Source of the DNA: Lepidodermella squamata
Lineage: Eukaryota > Animalia > Gastrotricha
Length of the DNA: 64,000 nucleotides
Direction of reading: 5' to 3'
Assembly (NCBI GenBank): GCA_047495785.1
Contig: JBLDXI010000004.1
Location: 558,001 to 622,000 of the forward strand
Shown here piece after piece: positions 1 through 11,402 of the stretch. A model generated the notes under the pieces. The model was given only the letters and a program-made list of their open reading frames with translations, ran no database searches and was not told the DNA's origin. The position numbers were made by a program, and so were the translations under genes. The stretch's first letter is position 1. Every line of letters starts with the position of its first letter.

Positions 1-368
1 TCAGAAACTTGTCTCTACGCAATTTGGAAATGGCACTATGTACTTCACGCCTTTGTACTTCATACAAACAGCTGGGGCGATTATTTGCTCCAGTTTGATG
101 TAGATATCTTCGCCATTGTCGGTAGCTGTTGAATCGACTTTATGAACTTGCACTCCTCGGAACAGTTTTCCAGTGAACTTCAAAGCTTTCACGTAGGTTA
201 TATCTTGATAGCAGATCAGATACCTCACCTTCGCGAAGATTTTCGGACCAATTTGCAGATAATCGCCAGCGGCTATGCTGATTTTCTTGGCCATGACATT
301 GCAAATACCACGAGTCCATTTTCTTATCACCACTTTTTCATCAATCATCAAACTCAAATCCCGGTAAA

Positions 369-682
369 GATAGTAAGATGAGTAAGTGTTGACAACCGAC
401 TCAGCGCCGAGCCCGATCAACTTGGCATTTGAAGACTTCACGACGGTGCCAACATGGCGATAGCCATTAGACAAAAGCTGCAGAGCCCATTCCGGAGGGT
501 CTTTCGCAGAAATCAGTAGTTCCATTAACAACACACGGTCAACACTTTGGACCACAACTCCGTTGCCACTGGTAAGGTACCGAACGAGTTGACCGGCCTT
601 GCTCTCGAAACCAAAGGTGCTATACTTGAACAATGGCCCGAAATTTTCAACGTCCTCGTGCATGTGTTCCGCTTGGTGGACA
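369..682. repeat. 314-bp direct duplication, copy 1 (copy 2 at 2872-3185)
   Basis: Identical by eye at offset 2503; the two copies flank the truncated Helitron. Confidence 0.95.
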
Positions 683-819
683 CTAGTATAACAGGCGCCC
701 GCTTCGCGGGCGCCAATGTATGTATACCGGATTGACGATTTGGAAAGCAATAAAAGGAAAGACTCAGTTTTATTTCACACTAAACAACCGCAATTCAAGG
801 AAGAAAAAAGCGGAGATAA

Positions 820-1419
820 TTAATAATCGGTGTAAATTTCATGAGAGGTGAGGTTGCATTCTTCGGCTTCTTTCTCAGGGTTGTCGAACGATATCAGGCA
901 GTCTTAGAATTAAGAATATTAAAATGGTCATATGTATTTGATGGAAATTTCGCTTTACTCACCGTAGACGTAGCCGGGGTCGACATCCTCCAGATACATG
1001 TGTACAATGGCAACGGTGCAGTTGACTTCTTGCATTTCTCGCCCTAATCGCCTGAAACCGCGTGAATCCAAGTGAGAGGACATCGCCTGTCGCCAATTGC
1101 TGACATACGCTGTCCGCCACGTCTTAATCCAGATGAAGTAGTACCCCATATCTGGGTCGTCGTCAAACTCGGGGTCCCAGTAGTCCTCGGCATCCTCATC
1201 AAGTCGAGAGTCATCCGGGCTGCAAGATTCATATAGGAATTTCCATCCAGGAAATTTTGGTACGAAGCCAACGCCGCAAATCTCAAATATCTCTTGAAAA
1301 ATTTGTAGAATACCACACCTGGAAACGGATTCTCGCAGATCTCGGTACCAGAAGACGTACTCTTCGGGGATTTCGTAATAAACGCGATAACGGTCAGTGT
1401 AATACCAACTGGGGTACAT
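820..1419 (-). CDS. Two-exon orphan gene (~180 aa, Trp/Tyr- and acid-rich) inside the Helitron 3' region
   Basis: ATG at 1419, exon to 963, 60-nt GTGAGT...TAAG intron (962-903), in-frame exon 902-820 (DCLISFDNPEKEAEECNLTSHEIYTDY*), AATAAA at ~773-768. Confidence 0.65.
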
Positions 1420-1633
1420 ATTAGTCGAAATATTATTCTGATCTAAAAAAATAATTTGAATTAAATAAATTAGGGAGAGGAGATAGTTTGTGGACGAAAT
1501 TCTGACGTCCACAACTGGGGAAGAATAAAATTTGAGATCATGAAAAGTGAAGAATTCTGGAAAATGAATTATGCTATGCGGATAGAATAGAAAAAATTAG
1601 GTAAAGCTGGATGTAAGAAGTGGCTATAAGCCA

Positions 1634-2871
1634 TCATTTCAGCAACACCTCAGGATAGACAACATTGACGGTGTAGTACTGCTTTGTCTTCTTGTCGTAG
1701 TGGCTGAAAACAATAAGGTTTCGTGGATCTCGAACGCGAGATAAAGCGACGTAAAGCTGGCCGTGAGTAAAAACTGGGTGGTTGGCCAGATGTAAGCCGA
1801 CAACGTTGAAGGTTTGTCCTGTAAAATAAAAGAATGAATAAATAATCGGTAAACGAAGGAAATGTAATGGTTCACCTTGACTTTTGTTGATTGTCATAGC
1901 GAAAGCAAGTCTTATTGGAAACTGTTGCCGCTTCATTGGAACAGGGAAAACGCTCTCATCGGTGTTGAAATCAATTCGTGGAATGAGAACAACCTCGCCT
2001 ACTCGCGTACCGGTAAGAATTTCGGCCGTGATAATATCGGACCCTAATTGGGTGATTCGAAGTCGCGTTCCATTACAAAGGCCCCCGGAGCAACTGAGAT
2101 TTCTGATTAAAATAATGGGGGCGCCTATTTTCAACGCCAATCGATGAGGTGGTATTCCTGAAGGATTGAGTGTATTGAGAACTTCAACTTGGAACATTGC
2201 TCGAGCAGCTTCATCTTGAACGGTATCGCGACTCGTGTAAATAAGAGCATTTCCGGGCAGCCGTTGCAGGATCTTCTCGTTGAGGTAATCAACTTCGTCA
2301 TTCCTCGTGGCAAGTATACATCTCTCGGCGACGTAGCCGGCGTCAGTTCGGTTGGAAAGGTCATCATAGACGGCGCGAATTAGGTCGTTTTCCGAATTCG
2401 CGTGCTTAATTGGGTCAGGAATGATTACCGAGTCAGGTATGCCAGCAATTCCAGGGGCAACGCCATCCCCAACCTGAGATAAAATCTTTGTTATAAAAAA
2501 GACAGACAACTAAAAATGCCTTATTACCTGAATTAGCCATTGCACGTAGGGAGCTACGACGGGATCATTAATGACCCGCATATTTCTGGTCAGGCGCATG
2601 ATTTTAATTGTTGGCCAGAAATCAGCTTTTCTCAAGCAAGCGTCAACGATCTCAGCTCGACCACCACGCGGAATGACGGGTAGGCATTGACGAAAGTCGC
2701 CACCGAAAACTATGGGAATACCTGATGAGAAATTGTCAATTAAAACCTGAATTCGGTCGTAACTAAACACAACTAACCTCCAAATGGCAAATTACATTGC
2801 GTCAGATCTCGAATGCTCTTATCTAGGGCCAAGAAGTTGAAGCGGCTCATCATTGGCGCTTCGTCCCAAAT
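1634..2871 (-). CDS. Helitron Pif1-family helicase, C-terminal part (starts at Walker B; no Walker A or Rep domain)
   Basis: Exons ~2871-2778 (IIWDEAPM), 2721-2528 (GGDFRQCLPV), 2473-1876 (LCNGTRL, RQQFPIRLAFAMTINKSQG), 1818-1634 (VFTHGQLYVALSRV); canonical GT-AG introns. Confidence 0.93.
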
Positions 2872-3185
2872 GATAGTAAGATGAGTAAGTGTTGACAACC
2901 GACTCAGCGCCGAGCCCGATCAACTTGGCATTTGAAGACTTCACGACGGTGCCAACATGGCGATAGCCATTAGACAAAAGCTGCAGAGCCCATTCCGGAG
3001 GGTCTTTCGCAGAAATCAGTAGTTCCATTAACAACACACGGTCAACACTTTGGACCACAACTCCGTTGCCACTGGTAAGGTACCGAACGAGTTGACCGGC
3101 CTTGCTCTCGAAACCAAAGGTGCTATACTTGAACAATGGCCCGAAATTTTCAACGTCCTCGTGCATGTGTTCCGCTTGGTGGACA
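2872..3185. repeat. 314-bp direct duplication, copy 2
   Basis: Matches 369-682. Confidence 0.95.
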
Positions 3186-6100
3186 TTCAGCGTGCATCGT
3201 TCTTCGCCATGAAGAATCGGAAAATCGCGAACAAAGTTCGACATGGAAATTTCGACAAAGTTGGCATCGGGATTTGGTTTTAACGCTTCGTACAGCCCGG
3301 CAGAAAATTCCATAAAATGCTTGTAAACCTGAGGTTTCAATACATCTTGGAACATCACGGGTCCGAAAAACAGAATCATTGCGCGATTTTCGTTGCCGTG
3401 AAACATTCCGCGTTGAGCGAGTGATCGGTAGTTTCGCTGATAGCACGAAGGCATGTTGACTTTGAAGCTTTTTTCAGATTCCAGAACCTTGGATTCGCCG
3501 ACATAGCAAGCTTCGTTTGATGTATTGTCGAAGTAACTTGCGAACAGGACTCGGAGAATGCATGAGCACGAGTTGTGAAGATAGTCGAAAGGGAATTTCC
3601 TGACCAGGTCAAGGATCTCAGCGATAATTGCCGGGCCATGAACTCCGTGATATGGCACCTTCTTCGTTCCAATCAGCGCATCTGCAATCATCATTTCATG
3701 ATTTCGAAGAAGAACGCCAGGTTCGGGTGCGAAGTAGACGGTTGTGCTGTTTTCGCGCAACTGACCGCAGATGAGGCACCTTGGACAACTGAAGTAACCT
3801 AGATAAAAAGAAAATTTCTTCCATCAGAAAAAATAAATGAAAAAATCGGATATATATTGGAAAGAATTAATCGACGAAATATTGGACAATTGTTATTTGT
3901 TATGCACGTTTCTAAATTTTGCAAACTTATCAAAACAAATAAACAGCTAATTTGTATGATTTTAGAAAATATTCAGCATTAGTAATCCACCGGCAATCGG
4001 CTAAAACCAACGTACTTTTTTATGGTTTTATTGCTCCCTGACTACACTATATAGCATCAATTAGTACGTGAAAAATCTGTTTGAAAAAAATTAAATCAAA
4101 ATCACCAAATTAATATGCAAATAAATTGAAAAATAATAGGATGGATATTAAAAATCAGGAATCATTTACCGTATTTATTCCAACCTTATTCGCTAATTGC
4201 TTATCCCTAATAGGAGCCCAGGGTTGAGAAGTCAAGTTGGTTCGAAAACGTTGAAAATAAACGATTTACCAAAAATCATGTGTCGATAGGCGCTGCTATA
4301 GGAAAACATTAGGTAGAAATATAGAATTGGAAATTTTTTACTGGGCAAGTATTTAAAACAATTTTATCGATTAACAGATAATGCGCCACCGTTAAATAAT
4401 TTTTCTTTGAATTCTAATAGTAAGGACATCTTTTTTCATATGCAAATGAGATTTTTCAAATTACCTGTTATTTTTCCAGCTTCATTCAAAAAAATTTAAA
4501 TCACATAAATCAGGTGGAAAAAAAACGAAATCACCCGCGTTTAATTGTCATAATTTTCAGAATTTGTTATGTTTCTCTATCCTCAAAAAACATGGTTTGA
4601 CCGAAATAACAGTATTGAAATTTTTACAAAAAATTCACTATAAAATCTCAAACCTGTGGGATAGGCAGAGTTTCGAATTTCCGCCTTTGCCGGACCGTCA
4701 ACACAGCACAACGGACACTGAATCCACGCCACTCTATTGCCGCAATCAAGACCTTTGTTCAACATTTGTTTGATTTCGTTCACAAACGGTCGCAAAACCT
4801 GGTTTGCATCAGGGTGTCCAAAACCCTGGTATACACCAGCCAAGAAATACTGATTGAGCTGATCGAGGCGAAATAGAATATACCAGACACTTCGAATTGC
4901 AGATAAATATGGTGATACGCCGTCGTAAAAAAAGCTGGTTTCGACTGGTTCGACAACCTCAGGGTGGTTTTTCAGAGCCGTGACAATGCGATCGCTCAGC
5001 CCGATGCTCGCGAACGATCCGCCCGATTTACATTTCGGACAGCCGCGCCTCATAGCCTTAGAGTTCAGTTTTCGCGGAACCGAATTCTTACATCCACAAA
5101 TGTAGACTGCTTCGACACCCCGCCCGTTTCGATACCAGGGCAGTAGGCGCGATTTTAATTTATGTTTGGTGTTAATTTGAGGAAAGAAATCAGCTCCAGG
5201 AAACAACTGCATGAAAATATCCATTAGAGTTTCCATAGCCACCCAGGATAGTATGAACCGATTACAATATGCCACCAACATGAATAGCAATGAGCCGAAA
5301 GTAATAGAATCGCTCAATCCGTGAACTACTTCGTCTTTGTGAGGTAAATTGAAGGGGCAAGGGTCTTCTTCCGTATTAGCATCATCGGTAACCAAATCCT
5401 CCATACCTGGGTCGCAATAGTCATTTGGATCATTGGAATTACCGCCAAGAGTTTCATTATTATTTCCGGAAAATTCGTAATCTTCTTCAACAATTTCCAT
5501 GTCGTTGTTTGTTGAGGTGAATTCAGATTCGATTTCGAGCTCACGTTCATCCTCATCTTTTGTTTCTTCCGGAATTGTTTCAAGCAGCAACTGACGACCA
5601 GTACGCCAACCTTGCCGGGTTGTCCGAGGTAGCACTTTTGCCCAGCGGCTTTTGTATCTCATGAGTCAGAATGAAAATTATTCTATGAAGAACTTTTGAC
5701 AATTATTCATCGCGAAAAAATATGAAAATAAAACCAGAAAATTCCTTGAATATTTCTTAATTTTGAAACAAGATAATTCAAGCCTTTTATAGTTTTTAGT
5801 TATCAATCTGGAAATAAATTTTATAATAAAAAAATTGTGATTGAAAAGGAGTAAAAAGTGAACCAGATGACAATGGAAGTGATAGAAATCCGATTTGGGA
5901 TCACCAGGGTTAATTTTATTGGTTTGAAATTTTAATCACCGACGTTTCGATGGTAAAGCATCGCCGTCAGGACTTAGAAATCTAAGAAATCGACTTAGAA
6001 TTCGAAATTCGATTTCTAAAAAATTCGAAATTTTTTTAAAATTCGAAATAAATTCGAATAATATAATATGGGAGTGACAAAGACATTCTGAAAAATATTC

Positions 6101-6744
6101 AAATAATCCCTGTTATTGTATGATAGAAAAGGAAGAAGAAATAATCGCATTTAACTTTATTATGAAAAAGTGAAGCAAAGGGAAATTCTAAAGTTCCTTA
6201 AAATGTTGTGGGTTCCAACGTTGATAAAAATTGGATTTTTTAGGAAACTCTAAAAATCTTTAAAGGGCAATATTTGAAAGGAATTAACTGCAAGTCTGTG
6301 TGCCAAAAAAGTATTGGCGTTCAGAGATCAGCGGCTGGATCAGCGGCTTTTCTTACCAGATAAGTAGGAAAAAATAGGAACTTCCGCAAAAAATAGGGAA
6401 AAATCTGTTTTTGATTTCTGTGTCCGCAAAGCAAGTATTCCCAGCTGTGTTGCGATTGCTTTTCGTCTGTTGCGCAAATAATTGCCCATTGTGAATTTCA
6501 TACACACAAGCAGACAACCTGATTTACATTTCGCATTTTTTGTTTTTCGTGAGTTTTTTATTTTCCAGGACGAATCAGAATAGTGCGTGCAACCATCGAG
6601 TCTTTTAGTTTATTGCTCTTCAGATGTTAATTAATAGCGACTTTGCGGCCACCTAGTGGCCATCGTCAGGCTCAGAAATTTATTAGATCGATCGCAGATT
6701 TTTCCAATTTTTTGCTCTGATTTTTGCTTTTATTTTTGCTAGAC

Positions 6745-9511
6745 ATGTCAAGTATCAAAAAAGTCCTTGTAACGTGGCTGGACTGTGACGGCCAGCAAAC
6801 GTTAATGTCTCCTGACAAAGTTCGGACGCGTGACGAACCGATAGAACAAGGCAAAACCTACCTCGTCAACTGGCCTGAGGATAACAAAGATTATCGTGGA
6901 AGAATCGACGCTATCGGTTCTAGATTTTAAACAATAATAATCCATGCGTGTTAACTATCATTTTTGTAGCACTGTCATCAGGCGAAGTCAAAGAATTGGA
7001 GCGACGTCTGAACCTCGACCAGGAGGATTGCGAATCGATCGCATCTTCTGTTGATTCGACAACCAGGTCAGGACGGTCTTACGCCCAGCCAACAGAATCT
7101 TCTGCTGGCAATACAGGAAGAAAGGTAACTCTCTGCCAAAATAATTCCTAAAACTTCCCAAATTCCCACGATTTTTTTTATTTTTAGCGTAAAGAGGTAG
7201 CAAGCACAGCTGCTAGCACAGCTTCGAAATATGCGAGGACCAACATGCAAACGACCCCGGAACCCGCTATGACTCCGGCCAGTTCGCAGGTAAGGCTCAG
7301 AAACCCAATCGATTTTATGCTGAATCTACGGTCAAATCAAAGAGTGCTGGATTTGGGATTTTTAAGGTTGAATATTTTTTGGAATTTTTAGAAAAAAACT
7401 ATAAATTTTCGATAAATTTTCATCATATTCTGGAAATACACAAAGAAAATTTGTTATATAAAAAGTAGAAAAAATTGCTTCAAAGCAAGACATTTAATAC
7501 CTTGGTTATTTCGTTCTATAATACTCTATATATTTTTCCATTCCAGCGGAAAGAAATATCAGGCCAGTCAAATCGCGCCGGAGCTTCCACCAGCTCACAG
7601 GTATTATTCTTCTTTATTTCCCACCAGTTCCTAAGAAAAATTACCTCCCCTCGATTTTTCAAACTGGTTATTTTTATTTTTTTATTTACGCAGGATCACA
7701 TTTCTTCTTCAAACAAGTCTTACAGCAATGGACATCAACATCCAAGTGAAGGCTCTGACGAACATGAAGATCCGGTAAGTCGCAATTTGCTTGCATTATT
7801 AAAATTTTCGATCTGATCATGTTACAGTAGTTTTGCGTTAAGCCGGACGATCATAAGCCGGACTTGCGCTTAGCCGGACCATTTTGCTTGGCTCGTGCGG
7901 CGGACTAGCGTTTTACATGCAAATGGTTGCAATAAGCCGGACTATCACAAGTCGGACTTGCGTTATAACGGACTGATTTTTAGTGAATTTAACACAAAAA
8001 AGTCCGGCTTACAGGATAATTTTCATCTAGAGCGCAGAAACACCCTCTTTACGCTGTTTTTGAGTGGCTTTGATAGCAAAAATGATCGCAGCATTGAAAA
8101 ATAATTTGTCGATATGGCAAACCTTAATTCCATCGCGATAATCGAACCTTTTACACACCTAAATAGCTCATTACTTAATAGGCGCTTATATTCTTGGATA
8201 ATTTGTAAAGAAATGCACTTTTTTTTTTATAAACCGGACCAGCCCGGCTTACAATAAAGCGGACTTTCATTAAGCCGGACTAAATCTTCTGGCGCGGATC
8301 GAGTCCGGCTTAACGCAAAACTACTGTATTTATAAATTCAATTTTTCGAAAATGTTTACTTTTTCATCTAACTATAGAACTGAATTTGTTGCAGGATTTA
8401 CAGCAGTTCAACATTGCCGCACAAAGACCAGGTTCGGTAATCATTCGCGAAGCTCCCGCGAAGTTCAAGGGCTTCCGGTGGACCCACTCGCGGTGCCCGC
8501 GGTGGTGCTCCAGGTGGTTCCGTGCAAGCTACTGTTGCCGTAACCGGTATCGAGTCCGCAGAACCGGGGCCATCCGGACTAGGTGTCCGGGGTGGTAGTT
8601 CGAATAGCCGTGGCGGCCGTGGCGGTGGTCGAGTTGGTCGAGTTGGTCGAGGAGCCGTACGGGGAACCGGCCGCGGCGCCGTCGTTCAAAACCATCAGTA
8701 TCCCTACAACAGTGGCGAGGAGAACTCATTTGATGAAAAGATCGCCGCTCTCCGATTCCGGCTGGATAACCTGAATAAAGACACACACGAAATTTTGGAG
8801 ATTTTGAAGATATTCAGAAGTTCGCCAAAATTTGTCACGGTTTTTGTGAGTTTACAATCACTTCAAGCTCCTTCAATATTTGTAAAAAAAATTCAATTTT
8901 TTATTATGATCTTGAATTTTTCGCTTTTTCACCAGAACTTTGCGAAAATTATATAAAATTTTATTTTGAAGGAAAAATAAAATAAAATAAAATTATTAAT
9001 GATGTCTATTTTTCTCAATTTTAATATATTTCGCAAAGTTGATTTATTTTTTTATATTTTTAATTTCGTTTTAGGAGAACTTCGAGTTTTCTGATGGATC
9101 AATCTTTGAGGGCAAATCCGCACTGGAATTCCAGCGTTATAACGATCATGTTCGAGGCGCGGCTGATCTGGCAATCGCCTTGCTGCAGCTGCTGTTCGAT
9201 CCAGAAGAGTTGAGAACAAGAAATCTCAGTGGTCATGATGCCCTCCATGGAAAGACAGTCTTTCCGGAAAAGCAGCTGGACCCAATGAGGCTCGGCGAAA
9301 TCCACCGTGAGTTCTGTTAATTTTTCTTTTGTTTTAGCCTAAAAATATAAAATATGGGTTCCAAAAATTAACGCAGGATGTTTTTTTAGGAGTCGTCGAT
9401 CATTGTTTTCCACTTTTGACCCTGAGCGAAAGACAAAAAGTTTGGCACGTGAAAGTTGCCAACTGGCTTCACTCCAACAACAACGGTAATAATCACAACG
9501 ATGACGCGTAA
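6745..9511 (+). CDS. Transposon-encoded BEN-domain protein (N-terminal beta-rich domain, Ser-rich and RGG linker, coiled coil, C-terminal BEN), 9 exons
   Basis: Exons splice in frame from ATG 6745 to TAA 9509-9511. C-terminus AADLAIALLQLLFDPEELRTRNLSG...EKQLDPMRLGEIHRVVDHCFP...QKVWHVKVANWL fits the BEN pattern; it is preceded by coiled coil FDEKIAALRFRLDNLNKDTHEILEILK. Confidence 0.82.
7825..8326. mobile_element. Tc1/mariner (pogo-type) MITE in an intron of the BEN gene
   Basis: Perfect 24-bp TIR CAGTAGTTTTGCGTTAAGCCGGAC, TA on both sides, internal AAGCCGGAC repeats. Confidence 0.93.
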
Positions 9512-9552
9512 TCGATTTTGAACATTTACATTTCTGAAATCCTGACTTACAT

Positions 9553-9631
9553 ATTATATATATATATATATATATAACAAATGTAAATCGTATGCTAAAG
9601 TTGAATATATCAATGTATATATATATATATA
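9553..9631. repeat. Two (AT)n microsatellite tracts
   Basis: TATATA runs at ~9557-9576 and ~9617-9631. Confidence 0.9.
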
Positions 9632-9662
9632 ACTTAAATGCTGTTCTTATTCTTCCATATAG

Positions 9663-10455
9663 ATTGATTGGAATGTTAATGTTATTCCATTGAAATTGAG
9701 CCTTAAATGGGTCGTGATGTTGGGTAAGTTGTCTTTTATGTTTATGTTTGATTTTTTTTCCTAATTGTTTTGCCGTAAGCCAAGTGCAGCTAATTCCGAT
9801 TGGTATGCATTACGGTTTAGTAAATATTAATTTTTAATTTAGATTTCACAGAATCGGTCGAATCCGTCCGATTAAGATCCAGGTACAACTTCGCCGCAAA
9901 GTAAAAATTTGCGAGAATTTTATATTTTTACAACAGCGTTGAGCTGCCATGCAGTAACGTGAACACAAGGCGAACTCGTTTTCTCTGCTGGGCCATGATT
10001 TACAAATTGAAGGAAGTCGATGCTCAAAACATGTTGAAATCCTCCATTAAAATTCTGCGATTTTAACTAAATTTTACAATTATTCAAATTACAGGGAAAT
10101 TTGAAAGGGACTTCGAAAAATTCTTGGAATTTTTTTACAAATAATTTGAAATTTAAAAGTCTTCAATATTTTTAATATTTTCTCATCCAAATTTAGCTTT
10201 TTCAAATTCAAAAAAAAATGAAAAATCGAAGAAGAAATGATTTCTTATTCTCTCTTCGCTTCTCTTTATTTGAAAATTCACTCGAATTATTTCGGTTTAT
10301 TAGATTGGCTCGGTGAATGGCTGGATTGGCTTCTAGCAATGGAGCGATGCGGATTTGGTTACCAAGCAGCTCAGGGCTTCGGTTCTGAAACAACGTTTTA
10401 CCACAACGGCAATCAGCGGCCAGCCGGAGCAAGTACAACAGGCTTTGATGCCTAA
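9663..10455 (+). CDS. Possible third spliced gene inside the CMC element (unknown product)
   Basis: Exon-like blocks with GT/AG sites (IDWNVNV...VML / DFTESVESVRLRSRYNFAA / NVELPCSN..RFLCWAM / WLGEWLDWLLAMERCGFG...FDA*). No start codon found and one junction could not be phased. Confidence 0.3.
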
Positions 10456-10983
10456 CAAATGACTGTTGCTATTATTCGCCTTCTCATGTTATAAAAAATA
10501 ACACATTTAAATATCGTTTGATTGATGAAATAAAAATTATTATGTGGATTTAATGTCTCATTTCGGGTCTAAAGTGGCGAAGAAAAGCAGCGAGCGGAAA
10601 GGTAGGAGAGGGCCTTTAATAGCCTATTTAAATGAATAATGAACCTTCAGTTTAGGCTATATTAGACGTTAATTTTGCGCATTTTCCAACGGAAAAGCTG
10701 AAACTCTAACTTAGCCTAACATGGCAGTTGCGAACCTCCAGAATGGCCTAACTTTGGCGCTAATGTAATATTTATTTTCATAATTCTTTATCAAAAGTCT
10801 AAAATAGGCTAAATTCGCGGTTAAATAGCCAAAAAAATTCTGAATTTTTTAGGCTCACCATAGGCTAAAATAGTTGGACGAAAACTGGAGTGTATTTGGG
10901 CCCAAAAATTTTCGCTCCAAAAATAGCCTAAGTTGGGCTATCCGTTTCCGACAGGGTAACATTTTTCTAAATGCGAAAGCTAG

Positions 10984-11402
10984 GGCCTTCCCTCTTCACG
11001 TTCACGACTACCGATTGGGCGCAGCTTTCGCGTGGACCGCATCAGACAAGCAGTGTAAGTGCTTCTTGTAAAACCGCAGCTTCGAAATACGCTAGTATAG
11101 TAGCAAGACCTTTGAAGGTCTTAGAATTTACTAGTTTATAGTTATTCCTGGAGACTGGAGATTTGTAAAATATCGTTTTTTTCACCTGGATTGATAAGTG
11201 ATTGTCGTATTTTCATTTTAAGATTTCTAAGTTTAATTTAGAATAGTTCGATTTTAGATTCATTTAGAACTTGGCTAAATCATGTTTGTTTTCCTTATTT
11301 GTAGGTTTGTTCCTACGGGGTGAGTACGGCATCATGTCAGATTGCAACTCGGCGGCCTACCCGATTGTGTGCATCAAAATGCCTGGCAATGAACTCATCT
11401 GA
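10984..11402 (+). pseudogene. Probable last exons of a C-type lectin-like gene next to the CMC terminus
   Basis: Spliced ...DKQ|CLFLRGEYGIMSDCNSAAYPIVCIK...* resembles a CTLD C-terminal Cys pattern. The rest of the gene is not in the window. Confidence 0.35.

Larger units (their letters stand above)
683..2871 (-). mobile_element. 5'-truncated Helitron (3' part of Rep/helicase gene plus intact 3' end)
   Basis: 3' CTAG at 686-683 followed by T (A|T target, empty site visible at 3185/3186). Perfect hairpin GGCGCCCGC-TTC-GCGGGCGCC at 694-714. Pif1 helicase exons upstream. Confidence 0.92.
1..5662 (-). pseudogene. EnSpm/CACTA (Transposase_21-like) DDE transposase, disrupted by a Helitron insertion/duplication
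   Basis: Exon 5662-4654 (FFYDG..S..SVWY, LRPFVNEI, CVDGPAKA..N), GT-AG intron 4653-3799, exon from 3798 (GYFSCPRC, FDYLH, HQAEHM..V.NFGPL..YS.FGFES). Removing 683-3185 restores one frame ending at TGA 1-3 (~770 aa). Confidence 0.85.
1..10956. mobile_element. Large CMC/EnSpm (CACTA-like) DNA transposon; right terminus at 10956, left end outside the window
   Basis: Encodes a Transposase_21-type protein. Reverse-complement terminus CCCTGTCGGAAACGGATAGCCC at 10956 (CCC/CAC termini are typical of CMC elements), preceded by many subterminal TAGGCTA/TAGCCTA repeats at ~10610-10940. The partner TIR and TSD are not visible. Confidence 0.65.

Noticed and set aside
1-750. Independent 249-aa gene as given in the ORF track
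   Set aside because: Its N-terminus is Helitron 3'-end sequence fused by chance to the transposase C-terminal half.
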